This document shows, piece by piece, positions 25,038 to 36,975 of a stretch of DNA of 64,000 bases. The notes beneath the pieces were generated by a model. The model was given only the letters and a program-made list of their open reading frames with translations. It had not been told where the DNA came from and did not search any database. Source of the DNA: Mobula hypostoma (taxonomy: Eukaryota); NCBI RefSeq assembly GCF_963921235.1, contig NC_086108.1, forward strand, positions 34,350,001-34,414,000, read 5' to 3'. The translations under genes were made by a program, and so were the position numbers. Each line of letters opens with the position of its first letter. Position 1 is the stretch's first letter.

Positions 25038-26335
25038 CATAGAACACAGAACAGTACAGCACAGGAACAGGTCCTTTAGCCCACATTATTGTGCTAAAGT
25101 AATTAAACTAATAATTAATTGCCTAGCTAAACAAACCTCCTCTGCTCATATCCCTCCATTCCCTATGCATGAAAGAGTCTATCTATAAGCCTCTTAAATG
25201 CTTCTGTTGTATTTCTCTCTACTGAGCTTCAAAAGATTCAAAGTACATTTATTATCAAAGTATGTATGCAGTATACAACCCTGAGATTTGTGTTCCCACA
25301 GACAGCCATGAAACAGAGAAAACCAGGAAACCATCAAACACCCAACACAGAAAAAAAGAACAAATCATGCAAACAGCAAAAAATGAATCAAGAACACAGA
25401 ATATAAAACCTCAAACCACAGTCATTGAAAGAGTCTGGGAATGTTTAGTTTGGTTCAGTTCAGTTCTGTTCAGCGCTGTGTCATTTGTTCACTGCAGGTC
25501 GCAGAGCTAGTCCGCCCCAATCAAAATCACACAAAATAGCAATAAAAAAGGAGTAATCAGAAACCAGAAACACATGTAGTATGAACTGCAGAGTCCAATC
25601 CACAAACAGTGTTGATTAAACCTTGGCCAAGACCCAATACTTCAGCACCATCGTCCAGCAGCATCAAGTGAGAGGGAGAGAGAGAGTGATCAGTCAAATG
25701 TAGGCACTTTCCTCCAGGAGCAGCAAGAGAGAGACCAGCCAAACGCAGGTAGGTGGTTCTGAACACCCATTCACCTTCCGCTCTCATCCTCGTTGACTTC
25801 AATCTTGCTCGGGCTTTAATGGGCAAGATTCGCAGAAAATGGAGTCAATCATTCTCTTGGCCTCCAGGCCGTACACTTTGCTCAAAACCTCACCAAGCTC
25901 CCTTGGAGACAGCAAAGCACCATATTGCTCAATCGACCTGAAAACGCATCCTGAAACGTCGACTGCACCTCTTCCTATAGATGCTGCTTGGCCTGCTGCG
26001 TTCACCAGCAACTTTGATGTATGTTGCATCAAAATTAAACCACAGGTTCCAGTCAAAGGTAAAAGCTTAGTAGAAGAATCATATTTGAAAGAAGAGGAGG
26101 TAAGATAAGTAGTTTCGTGAACTATCTGAAGGACATCACCTTAGGTCGCATTGTCCACTGACGTCTTCATCAAGATGTCCACCCCTGGCAGTGCATTCCA
26201 AGCACTCATCACCCTTATATTAACCAAAGTTTGCCCTGCATGTCTCCTTTAAACTTCTCTGTTCTCACCTTAAATGCATGCCCTGCAGTATTAGACATTT
26301 CTACCCTGGGAAAAAAGAGATACAGGCTGTCTAAT
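25038..26335 (-). mobile_element. CR1 3' fragment interrupted by another LINE-tail-type repeat (~25225-26160)
   Basis: catagaac tail at 25038; the CR1 sequence resumes near 26170. The insert begins with an aaagattcaaagtacatttattatc tail. Confidence 0.55.
25951..26025 (+). mobile_element. 75-bp Penelope-tail fragment
   Basis: Matches about 24506-24580. Flanked by gcatc (25946-25950, 26026-26030), a possible TSD. Confidence 0.7.
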
Positions 26336-27452
26336 TTAATTTCACATTAACCTTACTCTCAGATGCTGCCTGACCTACTGAGTATACCAGAATTTTTATT
26401 AATATTTCGGGTGTCCAGCAGCTTTTTGCTTTCAGATAACCATTCTCTCAAGGCCAGATGATCTAAAGTCAATCCCACTCAGGTGGGATGATCATAAAAT
26501 AGTTCTTTTTATTACTTAGGTACAACTTCTGGAAAATATGAAAGTGGAAATGAAGGCCCAAGACAAACCTTTTGTCCCATTGTGTAAGTATCCTGAAGTA
26601 ATAATATAAATTCAACACAGCATAACAAGCTAATACTCACCACAAGGACTGATTGACATAATTTTCAGTTGACTGAAGGTTACATTTGCTCACCATTGAT
26701 CCTGAAGACATGAAAGGGAAAACTCAAAACTTAGAAAATGGTTGATGCAGTGCCTTAATGTAAAAGGAATTTCCATTATGTGAACATGAATCAGTCGAAG
26801 AACATTATCCTCTCAGTTTCATACAAGATCACTCCAACAAAATACATATACTGCTCCCCTCCCTCAGTGACAAAAGAGTCTGCCAAACATAAACATTGCC
26901 TCTTTCAAAAATCTGCAGTTGCCCCAGTCTACATACCATTATTCTAAAATCTTTGTTTCCGCTCCCTTTCAATAGATTGCGAGGCCTGGACAATGAGACA
27001 GTGAGGACCTGAAGCAAAGAAATAGAAAAGCATCGATGTGATATGCAGAAGCATTTGCGCACTTTGCTTCAATTGAAAGCCATCACCCCTCGAGCTCATG
27101 GAAAGTGAAATATTTTGTAAATCTTACTCAAGTTTGATTGTTTAAAAATAGGCTAATAAAAGCATGTCAGCAGAAAGGGATGGGCAAGCTGAATGTATTA
27201 AAACCAGTCCTGTTTTGTTTCTCCTTTGCTGTAATTTGTACATTTCTTGGTTTACAAGCATCTGCTTTATGAATTTTTGTGATGATGCTATTGACATTTC
27301 AACATACTTGTCTTCAGTTCACAAAAATACTTTTGTCTGATAAATTTTGTGCTGCATTTAACACTTCAGAAAATAGTGTACCAAATGCACATGATACTTT
27401 TCACCCATTCTTTTTGATTTGAAAACGTTTGTTTCATAAAATATTTTCCAGG

Positions 27453-27586
27453 AATCAGAATCAGGTTTAATATCATTGGCATATGTCGTAAAATTTATTG
27501 TTTTGCAGTAGCAGTCCATTATAATGCGTAATAATAAAAACTATAAATTACAATAAGGAGCGCACTCACACACACACACACACACA

Positions 27587-27653
<67 letters not shown>

Positions 27654-27654
27654 A

Positions 27655-27697
<43 letters not shown>

Positions 27698-27721
27698 TCA
27701 CACACACACACACTCACACAC

Positions 27722-27755
<34 letters not shown>

Positions 27756-27757
27756 AC

Positions 27758-27823
<66 letters not shown>

Positions 27824-29330
27824 ACTCACACACACACACACTCACACACACACACACACACACACACATACCTGTCATGTCCTGGGTGATGGGGATCCTT
27901 AATGATGGAGGCCAAGTTTTTGAGGCATCACCGTTAAAAGGTGTCCTCGATGCAGGGCAAGTTAGTGTTCAGGATAGAGCTGAGTTTACAACTTTATGCA
28001 GCTTTTTCTGACCCTCTACAATACAACCCCCCCCCCCCACACACCAGACGGTGATGCAGCCGGTTAGAATGCTCTCCACCGTACATCTGTAGAAATTTGC
28101 AAGTGTCTTTAGTGACATACCAGATATCCTCAAACTCATAATGAAATACAGCTGCTGTCATGCCTTCTTTGTAATTGCATCAATATGTTGGACCAGGATA
28201 GATTGTCAGAGATGTTGACAGCCGAGAATAGAAATTGCTCACCTGGTGTGTTAAGGACTGATCTGTGTTCCTTCAACTTCCCTTCCTGAAGCCCGCAATC
28301 AATTTCTTAGAATTACTGACATAGAGTATAAGGTTGTTGCTGCGTCGGATCTCAACCGACTGATCTACTTCGTTCCTGTACGCCTCCTCGCCACCACCTG
28401 AAATTTTGTCAATAATAGTTATGTCGTCAGCAAACTTATCGATGCTATCTGAGCCGTGCCTAGTCACACAGTTGTGGGAGTAGAGAGAGCAAAGCAGTGG
28501 GTTAAGCTAGCATCCCTGAGGTGCATCAGTGTTGATTGCCAGCGAGGAGGAGATGTTATGTCCAATCTGCATTGACTGTCGTCTCCCGGTGAGGAAACAA
28601 AGGATCCAGTTGCAGAGGAAAGAACAGAAACCCAGATTTTGGAGTTTGTTGATTAGAAGTGAGAGTATGATGGCATTGAGCACTAAACTGTAATCAATAA
28701 ACAGCAGCCTGATGTGGGTATTACTATTGTCCAGGTGATCCAAGGCCAAGTGGAGAGCCATTGAGCTCATCTGGGAGTGAAACATCACAGCCATTCATGA
28801 TGTTAGGTTTCACTTTGAAGGAAGTGATGGCCTGCAAACCCTGCCAGAACTGAGTGCATCTGATTCCATCTCTAGCCTCAAGCCGAATTTTTTTTTTGCC
28901 CTTAAGATAGCCTTTTGTAGTTCACACTTGGACCTACTGCATAGTTCTGGATTGTTGGTCTTGAGTGCCACTGATCTAGCCCTCTGTAGGCTATGAATCT
29001 CCTGTTTTATCCATGGTTTTGGTTTGGGTATGTCCAGTATGTCCTTGAAGGCACACATTTACCCACACGGGTTTTAATGAAGTTGGTGACAACTGTGGCG
29101 TAATCATTTAGATACTAAGTTGAATCCCTGAATATTGTCCAGTCCACTGAATCAAAGAAATCCTGTAAGTGCTCCTTCAGCTCCCTTGACCATACCTTCG
29201 TGGTTCTCACCATTGGTGCTGCAGTCTTTAGTCTCTGCTTTTATGCTGGGAGTAAAAACGCAGCCTGTTGATCAGACTTTCCAAAGTGTGGCTGTGGGAT
29301 GGTAAGCATTTTTGATGGTGCTATAACAGG
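27453..29330 (-). mobile_element. Decayed Rex1/Babar-like LINE
   Basis: RT remnants ALDHLD..IRLLFIDYS, LCNWIL.FLTGR, APQGC, KFADD; aatcag tail. Confidence 0.8.
27562..27870. repeat. (CA)n microsatellite with CT interruptions
   Basis: Seen directly; about 310 bp. Confidence 0.97.
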
Positions 29331-29455
29331 AATAGATCTCTGTTGTCTACAGAGGAATGGCTATGCATAAAAATCTTCAATTATACAATAACATAAAGCA
29401 GAATACCTCACTGAATGCACAATAGAGCACAAACTGTTAATCCTCGGAGACTTAC

Positions 29456-29486
29456 CCAACAAGCCACCCAAAAATCAACCTGAAGG

Positions 29487-29537
<51 letters not shown>

Positions 29538-29694
29538 CTGTATCTGAGGATGAAAGAGTTGGATTCAGTACCTCTTCTAGTCTGCTTCTTTCCTTGGGCA
29601 GTACTCCAACGTCCTTACTGTGAAGGACCTCTTCAGCCCAGGGCTGCTTCAGAAGGTTCTCTTGCAACAGCTGTCCCCATGTCTGCAGCTGCAG
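29456..29694 (-). pseudogene. Exon remnant, kinase subdomain XI and post-kinase linker
   Basis: Acceptor ttccccctgtcag, then LLQENLLKQPWAEEVLHSKDVGVLPKERSRLEEVLNPTLSSSD...RLIF. Compare GCN2 LLNHDPAKRPTATELLKSELLPPPQMEESELHEVLHHTLTNVD...AQIF. Donor-like gtaagt at 29455. The 3' boundary is uncertain. Confidence 0.75.
29491..29536. repeat. (TG)n microsatellite within the GCN2-like exon remnant
   Basis: Seen directly. Confidence 0.97.
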
Positions 29695-29899
29695 CTGACA
29701 GGGGGAAACAAAACATTTATCATTATTAATTAACTAGTGCTATGAAGAGCATTGGAAGCCAGAATCAGGCAATCTGGTGTTTATCTCTTATTCAGCTTTA
29801 CTGCAATACTAGAAGACCAAATGTTTCCTCTATCTACAACTAAATAACGTGGGAAGGAGCCACCCATTTAAGACAGAGCTGAGATTCTTCCATTAAAAA

Positions 29900-30445
29900 T
29901 TGCAATTGGTTTTGCCTGCCCCATTATTGGAGGGGTGTGGAGCAATGGAGAGGGTGCAGAAGAAGTTTACCAGGACGATGCCTGGATTAGAGAGCATGTG
30001 CTATAAGGAGAGGTCGGACTAAATTGTGTTGCCTTTTCTGGAGCAGTGGAAGCTGAGAGAAGACCTGATAGAAGCTTATAGAATTATGAGAGGAATAGAT
30101 AAAGTAGACTGGCAATATCTTCCCACCACCACACCACCCCCCCCCACCCCCGAGTCAAAATACTTAATACTGGAGGGCATACATTTAAGGTGAGAAGGCT
30201 AAGTTCAAAGGAGATGTGCAGAGGAGGCTTGTTTACAGAGAGTCATTTGTGCTTGGAACTTGCTGCCTGGAGCAGGTACGATATAGGCATTTAAGAGGAC
30301 CTTAGATGGGCTCATGAATTTGCAGAGAATGGAGAAAAATGGATCACAAGCAGGCAGAAGGGATTAGGAGTCATCAGCTTAATTAACTTAGCACAATATC
30401 ATGGGTTGAAGAGCCTGTCCTGCATCTTACTGTTCTATCTTCTAA
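29900..30445 (+). mobile_element. Old CR1 3' fragment
   Basis: Degenerate ERVQ..FTR.MPGL and LR.DLIE.Y.IMRGID coding followed by a CR1 tail. Confidence 0.7.
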
Positions 30446-30809
30446 AGAATCACGAATCTTTGGAGATCTCTAGACCAGAGAGCTATGGAGGTTGAACCAA
30501 GGTTGAGGAGGGCAGCTTTTTGGACTGAAATCAAGGAACCTGCAGGAAAATGGAACTCAGACTACAATCAGATTAGCCATGATCTTATTACGTGGCACAG
30601 CATGCTTGGCATACAAATGGCCTACACATGCTCCTTTCTCCTTTGCTTTGGTTCCAGTTAACCAGTCAATATCGTTCCCTTTAACTAACACCAGTTACAA
30701 ATGAGGCTATCTGGTCACTACCCCAGTGTTGTCTGTAGAAGTTTTCGGAAGGTAAATTGGCTGCTCCATTCCCCTCATAACATTTCAAAATTGCAGCACT
30801 AGACTGGCG

Positions 30810-31150
30810 TAGAGTCATGTAGCATGAAAACAGGGCATTCAGCCCAACTCCTCCACGCCAACCAAGATTCCTATCTAAGCTGGTACCATCCGTCTGCGTT
30901 TGAACCATGTCACTCCAAACCTTTCATATCCATGTACTTGTCCAAGTTCTTCCTGAATGCTGTTAATGCACTTGGCTCAACCATTTCCTCTTGCAGCTCA
31001 TTCCACGTACTTACCACTCTATATGAAAACGTTGTCCCTCAGCTTCCTTTTAAACCTCTCCCCCGACACCTGAAACCCTCTAGGTTTTAATTCCCCAAAT
31101 CTGAGAAAAAGATGGTGTGTGTGCATTCTTTCCATGTCTCCCATGAGGCA
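30810..31150 (-). mobile_element. Old CR1 3' fragment
   Basis: Resembles 11100-11410. Confidence 0.6.
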
Positions 31151-31920
31151 TCCAAGCCTCCACATAAATGCAAGCTTGTCTCTTAACTATGTTTTCTCGG
31201 CTGAAATAAAGCAATCTCATTGCTTCACTTCAAGGCGAGTGCACATCATTATACAGACTATGATCAGGAACTGTTCCAAGAAATTTTAATGTATTGTCAG
31301 GCTTGATGCATTGATTCAGATGGAGAACCAATTGAAAAGTTAATTTTAAGAATTAAACAGCTGGTATAATTATGGCAACCAAAGTGTTAGATATTACAAA
31401 AGCAAACAAATCACTGTTCTTCTATAAAAGGCATTTGCCATCTCTATCTAGTCCAACCTAGCTGTGACTCCAGTTGACTTCTAATTGCCTATTCAGGTGA
31501 GGCAGACATGGAGGAACAATAAATGTCAGCAATGTTCAGGTTGCATGGACAAATGCATTGAAAGGAACCTGCTGCTTGTGCCAAGTTTTTTAGCACCTTC
31601 AGTCACTCAACAAGCACAAGCTCAGGAATTCTGGCCGCAATAGGAAATCCTTTGCTCTGTCAGCCAAAAGCTTGTGTATGCAGCACCATGGAGAAGTCAA
31701 AAGCACATTTTACATTTATTTGTAGTTTTCACTGAATCGGAAATTTGTATTAATAGCAATTCAGTTCACATTTGTTCATGTTGCTGCACCTTTAAAAACG
31801 CACGCTTTCATACATTACTGACAAAGGAAGTTCTGTCCATGGGAACGGAGAGATCAAACCAATTCTTGTTTGGGTACAAGACAACTTTTATCACTGTGTA
31901 GGGTGAAGAAAAATCCTTAC

Positions 31921-32019
31921 ACATTTCCAAATCCTATCCCTCAGCTTCCGGCTTTCTTGAACTGTGCACTGGAAAGGCATATCCCGGATTACCATCCCAC
32001 AGCTGTACATAATTGCCCA
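31921..32019 (-). pseudogene. Exon remnant, kinase subdomain IX
   Basis: WAIMYSCGMVIRDMPFQCTVQESRK aligns without gaps to GCN2 KVDLFSLGIIFFEMSYHPMVTASER. Good donor gtaagg. The polypyrimidine tract ends ttgcat, with no AG acceptor. Confidence 0.6.
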
Positions 32020-32139
32020 GATGCAAGAAGAAAGCACACAAATCAGGGCAGTAATTTCACAGTATCCAATGCCACATGCAGATGTTCCTTTTAGCAATGT
32101 GTTCTGGATTGAAGTAATCTCGTTAGTTCACTTCAAATG

Positions 32140-32815
32140 ACAACTTTTTCTTTCCTTTTTCAATCTTTTCATAAGTTTCAAATTAATATAATAACAATAT
32201 TAATGATACAAAGAGATCGGTATAACATTGATAATGGTTAACATATACAAGCATAATTTGAGTAAAATATATAATTCAAGCCTCCCAATCTCTAAGTAAT
32301 TGAACATGAAAAAAGAATTTTATAAAGAACCCCCTAAACTAAAAAAAAACAAAAACAAAAACAAAACTGGGATATCCTTTTCCTTTGGATAAGAACATTA
32401 TTTGTCATTAACACCGCTCCTCCATAGATAAACAAAAGATTATTTAAAAGAGGGTTCTGAAAAGGACAACTTACATCATATGAAAATGTTGAATAAACAG
32501 TCTCCAGGTTTCTTCAAATTCATCTGAAGAATCAACCATACCACACCTAATGTTTTCCAGGTTTAAACATAATATAGTTTGAGAAAACCATTGAAAAGTA
32601 GTAGGAGGATCAGAACCTTTCCATTTAAGTAAGATGGATCTTTTAGCTATTAGTGTAACAAATGCAATCAAACAGCAAGCTGAAAGAGATAAATGACCCA
32701 CATCTGTCACTGGTAATCCAAAAATTGCAGTAATAGGGTAAGATTTTAAAATAATACGCAAAACCATTGAAATAATATCAAAAGTATCTTTCCAATATTC
32801 TTTAAATTGATATAA
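32140..32815 (-). mobile_element. L1/Tx1-clade LINE 3' fragment
   Basis: ORF2 C-terminal-type residues YWKD.F..IS, AIFG, LIAKRSILLKWK...PP....W and F..TW..F, followed by a 3' UTR with an A-rich end. Confidence 0.7.
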
Positions 32816-33049
32816 ATGACAGTGCACAACACAATAAGTTGCACATTCCTACCAAGAATAGTATGTCAGAAAATCACACTATTGGCTAAATTACTTGGTC
32901 TTGGTAGTGAACCACTGGATTGGGTCCAGCAGGCAATGTGCTCGCCATATTGTTCAAACACTGCTTGATTTGGTGGGGTTAGTTTAGTTAATTGAACACA
33001 GCAAGTTATGGATCTGGGATGGGAATATTTGTAATTTAAATTCATAATT

Positions 33050-33750
33050 TGAGCTATAACCCAGCATGTAAGTACATGAAGAAAGTACAGCAGCACCTCT
33101 ACTTCCTTAGAAGCTTGTGAAGATTTGACATGACATCTAAAACTTTGATAAACTTCTATAGATGTGTGGTGGAGAGTATATTGACTGACTGCATCACAGC
33201 CTGGCCTGGAAACACCAATGCCCTTGAACAGAAAATCTTTCAAAAGATAGTGGATAAGGCCCAGTCAATCATGGGTAAAGCACTACCAACCATTGAGCAG
33301 ATCTACATGGAGTGTTGGGGCAGGAAAACAGCATCCATCATCAGAAACCCACGCCAGCCAGGTCATACATTTTTCTCATTGATGCCATCAGGAAGAAGGT
33401 ACAGGAGCCTCAGGACTCACACCAGCAGGTTCAGGAACAGTTATCACCCTTCAGCCATCAGGCTCTTGAGCCAGAGGGGACAGCTTCACTGAGCAATCCC
33501 CACAATCTATGGACTCACTTTCATGTATCTCCATCTCATGTTCTCAATATTTATCTCTGATTTATTATTATTATTATCATTACTATTTCCTTTTTTTCTC
33601 TTTTTGTATTTGCACATTTGTTGTCTGCCTGTTGGTGTGGTCTTTCATTTATAGTCATTGTAGTATGCTCACAAGAAAATGGATGTCATTTTCATATATG
33701 ATGACATATATGTACTTTGATAATAAATAAATTTCTGTGAACTTTGAATA
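33050..33750 (+). mobile_element. Rex1/Babar-like LINE 3' fragment
   Basis: L.NFYRCVVESILT.CITAW...LMPSGRRYRS..T.TSRFRNSY.P.AIRLL. Confidence 0.8.
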
Positions 33751-34097
33751 TTGAAAAGTACTCAGTATTTTTTTCTGGTTATTTACACACCACGATCAGG
33801 TCAAAAAGAGGGAGTGTTTTTTGTAAAAATGATTTGCAGATGTTTTGAGGAAAGGAAGGGTTTTTTGTTGGGACCAAGACAACCTGCATATAGAAGCTCC
33901 AATCAGCTCCCTGATTTTAAACGATGGCTTGATTTGATGCCATACCCCAATAGCCAGAGTTATAGTATCAGGTAAGGCTAGCATATTGCATTAAGTACCT
34001 GTAGGTGGGGAAATTATGCATAGCACTATGGAGGACTTTCTAAGTCAACACAAGGAGGAGGTGCTTGGGAAGGTGAAAAGTATGAAGGTATGTAAGC

Positions 34098-34231
34098 AAA
34101 CAACAGGAATTCTGCAGATGCTGGAATTTCAAGCAACACACATAAAAGTTGCTGGTGAACGCAGCAGGCCGGGCAGCATCTCTAGTAAGAGGTGCAGTCG
34201 ACGTTTCAGGCCGAGACCCTTCGTCAGGACT
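34098..34231 (-). mobile_element. 134-bp Penelope-tail mini-insertion
   Basis: Matches the reverse complement of 24484-24612. 10-bp TSD gtatgtaagc at 34088-34097 and 34232-34241. Confidence 0.88.
34196..34231 (-). ncRNA. Minimal hammerhead ribozyme motif with an intact core
   Basis: AGUC-CUGACGA-AGGGUCUCGGCCU-GAAAC-GUC-GACU. Confidence 0.75.
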
Positions 34232-34559
34232 GTATGTAAGCCATCAGAACCAGATGGGCTACACTGCAGGTTTGGAAAGAGGTAGCTGAAGAGATTGTGA
34301 AGGCAGTAATCATCTTTCAAGAATAACTAGACTCTGTAATGGTTCCGGAGGACAGGAAAATTGCAAATGCCACTCCACTCTTGCAGAATGGAGGGAGGAG
34401 GAGAAAGGAAAGTTAGCCTGACTTCAGTGGTTGGGAAGATGTTGGAGTCCATTAGTCAGGATGAAGTTTCAGGGTACTTGGAGGCACACTATAAACTAGG
34501 CTGAAGTCAGCATGTATTCCCTAAGGGAAAATTTTGCCTAACAAACCTGCTGGAATCAA

Positions 34560-35495
34560 AGTAAGAAGAAACACAGGTGGATAGGTGCGTGGTTGATAGG
34601 CAGAATGAGCAATGTGGAAACGGTAACAGATCCTGGTGATGGTGGGGAGAGTTTGGAATGAAAAGAGAAAGAAAGAGAGAGGAACGCTGGAAGGACTAGT
34701 AGAAATGAGAAAGGAATACTGTACTAGGGTGTGGGTTACCTAAAACTGGAAAATTTAATATTCATTCCATGGGTCTGTAATAATCCAAATTGAACCTGAG
34801 GTGTTATTCTTCGGGTTTTCAGATTTGCTTCACTCTATTAGTGAAGAAATCTAAAGAAGGTCAGGTCAACGTGGGAATCTGAAGGGGAGTTGAAACTCCA
34901 TGCCACAGTAACTCAAGGTGGAGTGTAGATGGTTTAAAAAAAAGTTCACCTAGTCTATGCTTGACATTGCTAATCTAGAAGATCACATTGAGAATACCAC
35001 TGTAAAGGCCAGATCGGAGGAGGCGGGTGGATGAACATTGACTATTCTAACTTCCAGTAATTTTCCTCCCCACCACCTTTCTACCCCTCCCCCTTTCTCA
35101 CTTATGCAATTCCCTATTCTGGTTACTCTCTCACCTCTTCTCTTCTTCTCTTCCACCCTCCCAACCTGCCCATCACCTCCCTCTAGTTTCTCCCCTCTTC
35201 ACCTTTATTCCTCGGACCACTGTCCTCTCCTATTAAATACCTTCTTCATTGGCCCTTTATCTCTTCCACTTATCCCCTCCGAGCTTCGTACATCACACAC
35301 CTTTCCCCTCACCTGGTCTCACGTATCGTGTGGAGCTTGTAAACCACCCTCCACCAAACCTTCTTATTCTGGCTTACACCCCCTTCCTTTCCAGTCCTCT
35401 CGACCTGAAACAGTGTAGTTCCCTCCACAGACGCTGCCTGACCTTTTTGGGTTCTCCGATATTTTGTGTTTCACTGCAGTGTCTGCAGAATCTCA
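34560..35495. mobile_element. Old Penelope-like 3' ends in inverted arrangement
   Basis: ~34560-35025 resembles 19400-19900 (minus). 35031-35495 begins MNIDYSNFQ* and resembles 24150-24610 (plus). Confidence 0.6.
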
Positions 35496-36785
35496 TATCT
35501 AAGGTATGACTAGTGCTGGGATCCCAATGGTTGGTAGAAATAATGAAGAATGATGTGCTAGCTCCCAGCAGCTATGACAGAGAAAGGTAAGGGCCAAGAG
35601 AACCATTTCTGTGCTGTTTCGGGGAAGGGTGTGGGAGCTGAAGTTTGGGAAGTGGAAGAAATAGGAGTGCAGGTTCCATCAAGCACAGGAGAGTGGGCAA
35701 CAGGAAATTGCTAAGGGCCTGTACTGTGCTGCACAGTTCTATATTCTATGTTTCTCTCCCCAAGGAAAGTTTCTCAGAAATCCTGCAACATAAAGCCTTA
35801 TCCTCAGAACAGATGCAGCAGAAACAGAAATACTGAGTGAAAAGGATAAAGTTCTTCCAGGAGACATGGCAGGAAGAGATGTAGTCGCGGTGGCTGCGGG
35901 AGTACCTGTTGGAGGAGTGCGATGGGATGCTGTTTATCATTATTTTTACTCTGGTAGATAATAGGAAATACTGACAATTGGAATATAGATATCGGGTTTG
36001 TAACATCAACAAGTTTCAACTTCAGAAACTCCAAGGGCTATTTTAAACAAGGAAGCGTATCTGATCAGATTAGTCCATCCGAAAATATTTAACAGAGAGG
36101 TTGATGGTGTGTAATCTGGGGAAGCCAGTACCCCTCAAACCTGACCACATTTGTTCTCTGCTGAGTGAAATAAGCTATAATTACTCAGTCAAACATTACA
36201 GAGGTCACAAAAGGGATGAATGTGATGAAGTAAACCTGATTATAAATGAAACTCCCTTGGAGGCACTTACAAACGAATGGCCATTGAAACAATGAGGCGG
36301 AAAGTACATACCCAGTCGTACATTGTCTTGTGCTGCCTTGTTTAAACCTCTGGAGCCAGGTAACCCTGTGTTCCAATATTCACTGTAAACTACTCAGAGT
36401 CGAATAAAGGAAGTGCCCTGATTGAGGACTGCAATTAGAGAGGAATGGTCTGGTTAAAAGACGCTGAAAAAGTCAATTTGTTTTGTGTGTGTTTTGAAAT
36501 GTATCTTAAGTATAAAAACATTTAGTATGATTGTTTAAATGAAATGAACATTTCAACCTTTAAATTGGATATGAAAACCATATCTTATTTAATCATTTTC
36601 TCTACTGTACTGGTGCAAATATATGACAAAATAAAATATAGTAATTGGATTACTGAAATTTCTAAGAATAGGTTGCCCATAATTCACAAATGATTTTCAC
36701 CTCTAAGAATGGCATTGAAACTAAGCTTCTGGAATCAATGTCAATATTTTGCCAAGGCTTTTTTTTTGTGGATGCAGTTTTCAGT

Positions 36786-36975
36786 CTATTTATTTATCTA
36801 TTGAGATACAGCACAGAATAGGCCCTTCTGGTCCTTTGAGCCACACTACACAGCAATCCCCCAATTTAACCCTAGCCTAAGCACTGGGCAATTTACAATG
36901 TCCAATTAACCAGAGTACTCAGAGGAAACCTGCACGGTCACCAGGAGAATGTGCAAACTCCTTGCAGGCAGTTGA
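36786..36975 (-). mobile_element. V-SINE-like element (HE1-like), partial
   Basis: gaggaaacc..cacggtcaccaggagaatgtgcaaactcc V-domain-like segment; a second copy lies at 40078-40295. Confidence 0.65.

Larger units (their letters stand above)
34030..34558 (+). mobile_element. Old CR1 RT fragment hosting the 134-bp insertion
   Basis: Degenerate PDGLH..., VPED.KIAN.TPL, SLTSVVGKMLESI, CLTNLLE. Confidence 0.75.

Noticed and set aside
27541..27825. Cys/Val-rich 94-aa ORF
   Set aside because: It is the translation of a (TG)n microsatellite.
35907..36038. Open AG..GT segment on minus where the activation-loop exon is expected
   Set aside because: No recognisable GTxxYxxPE motif and a weak donor.
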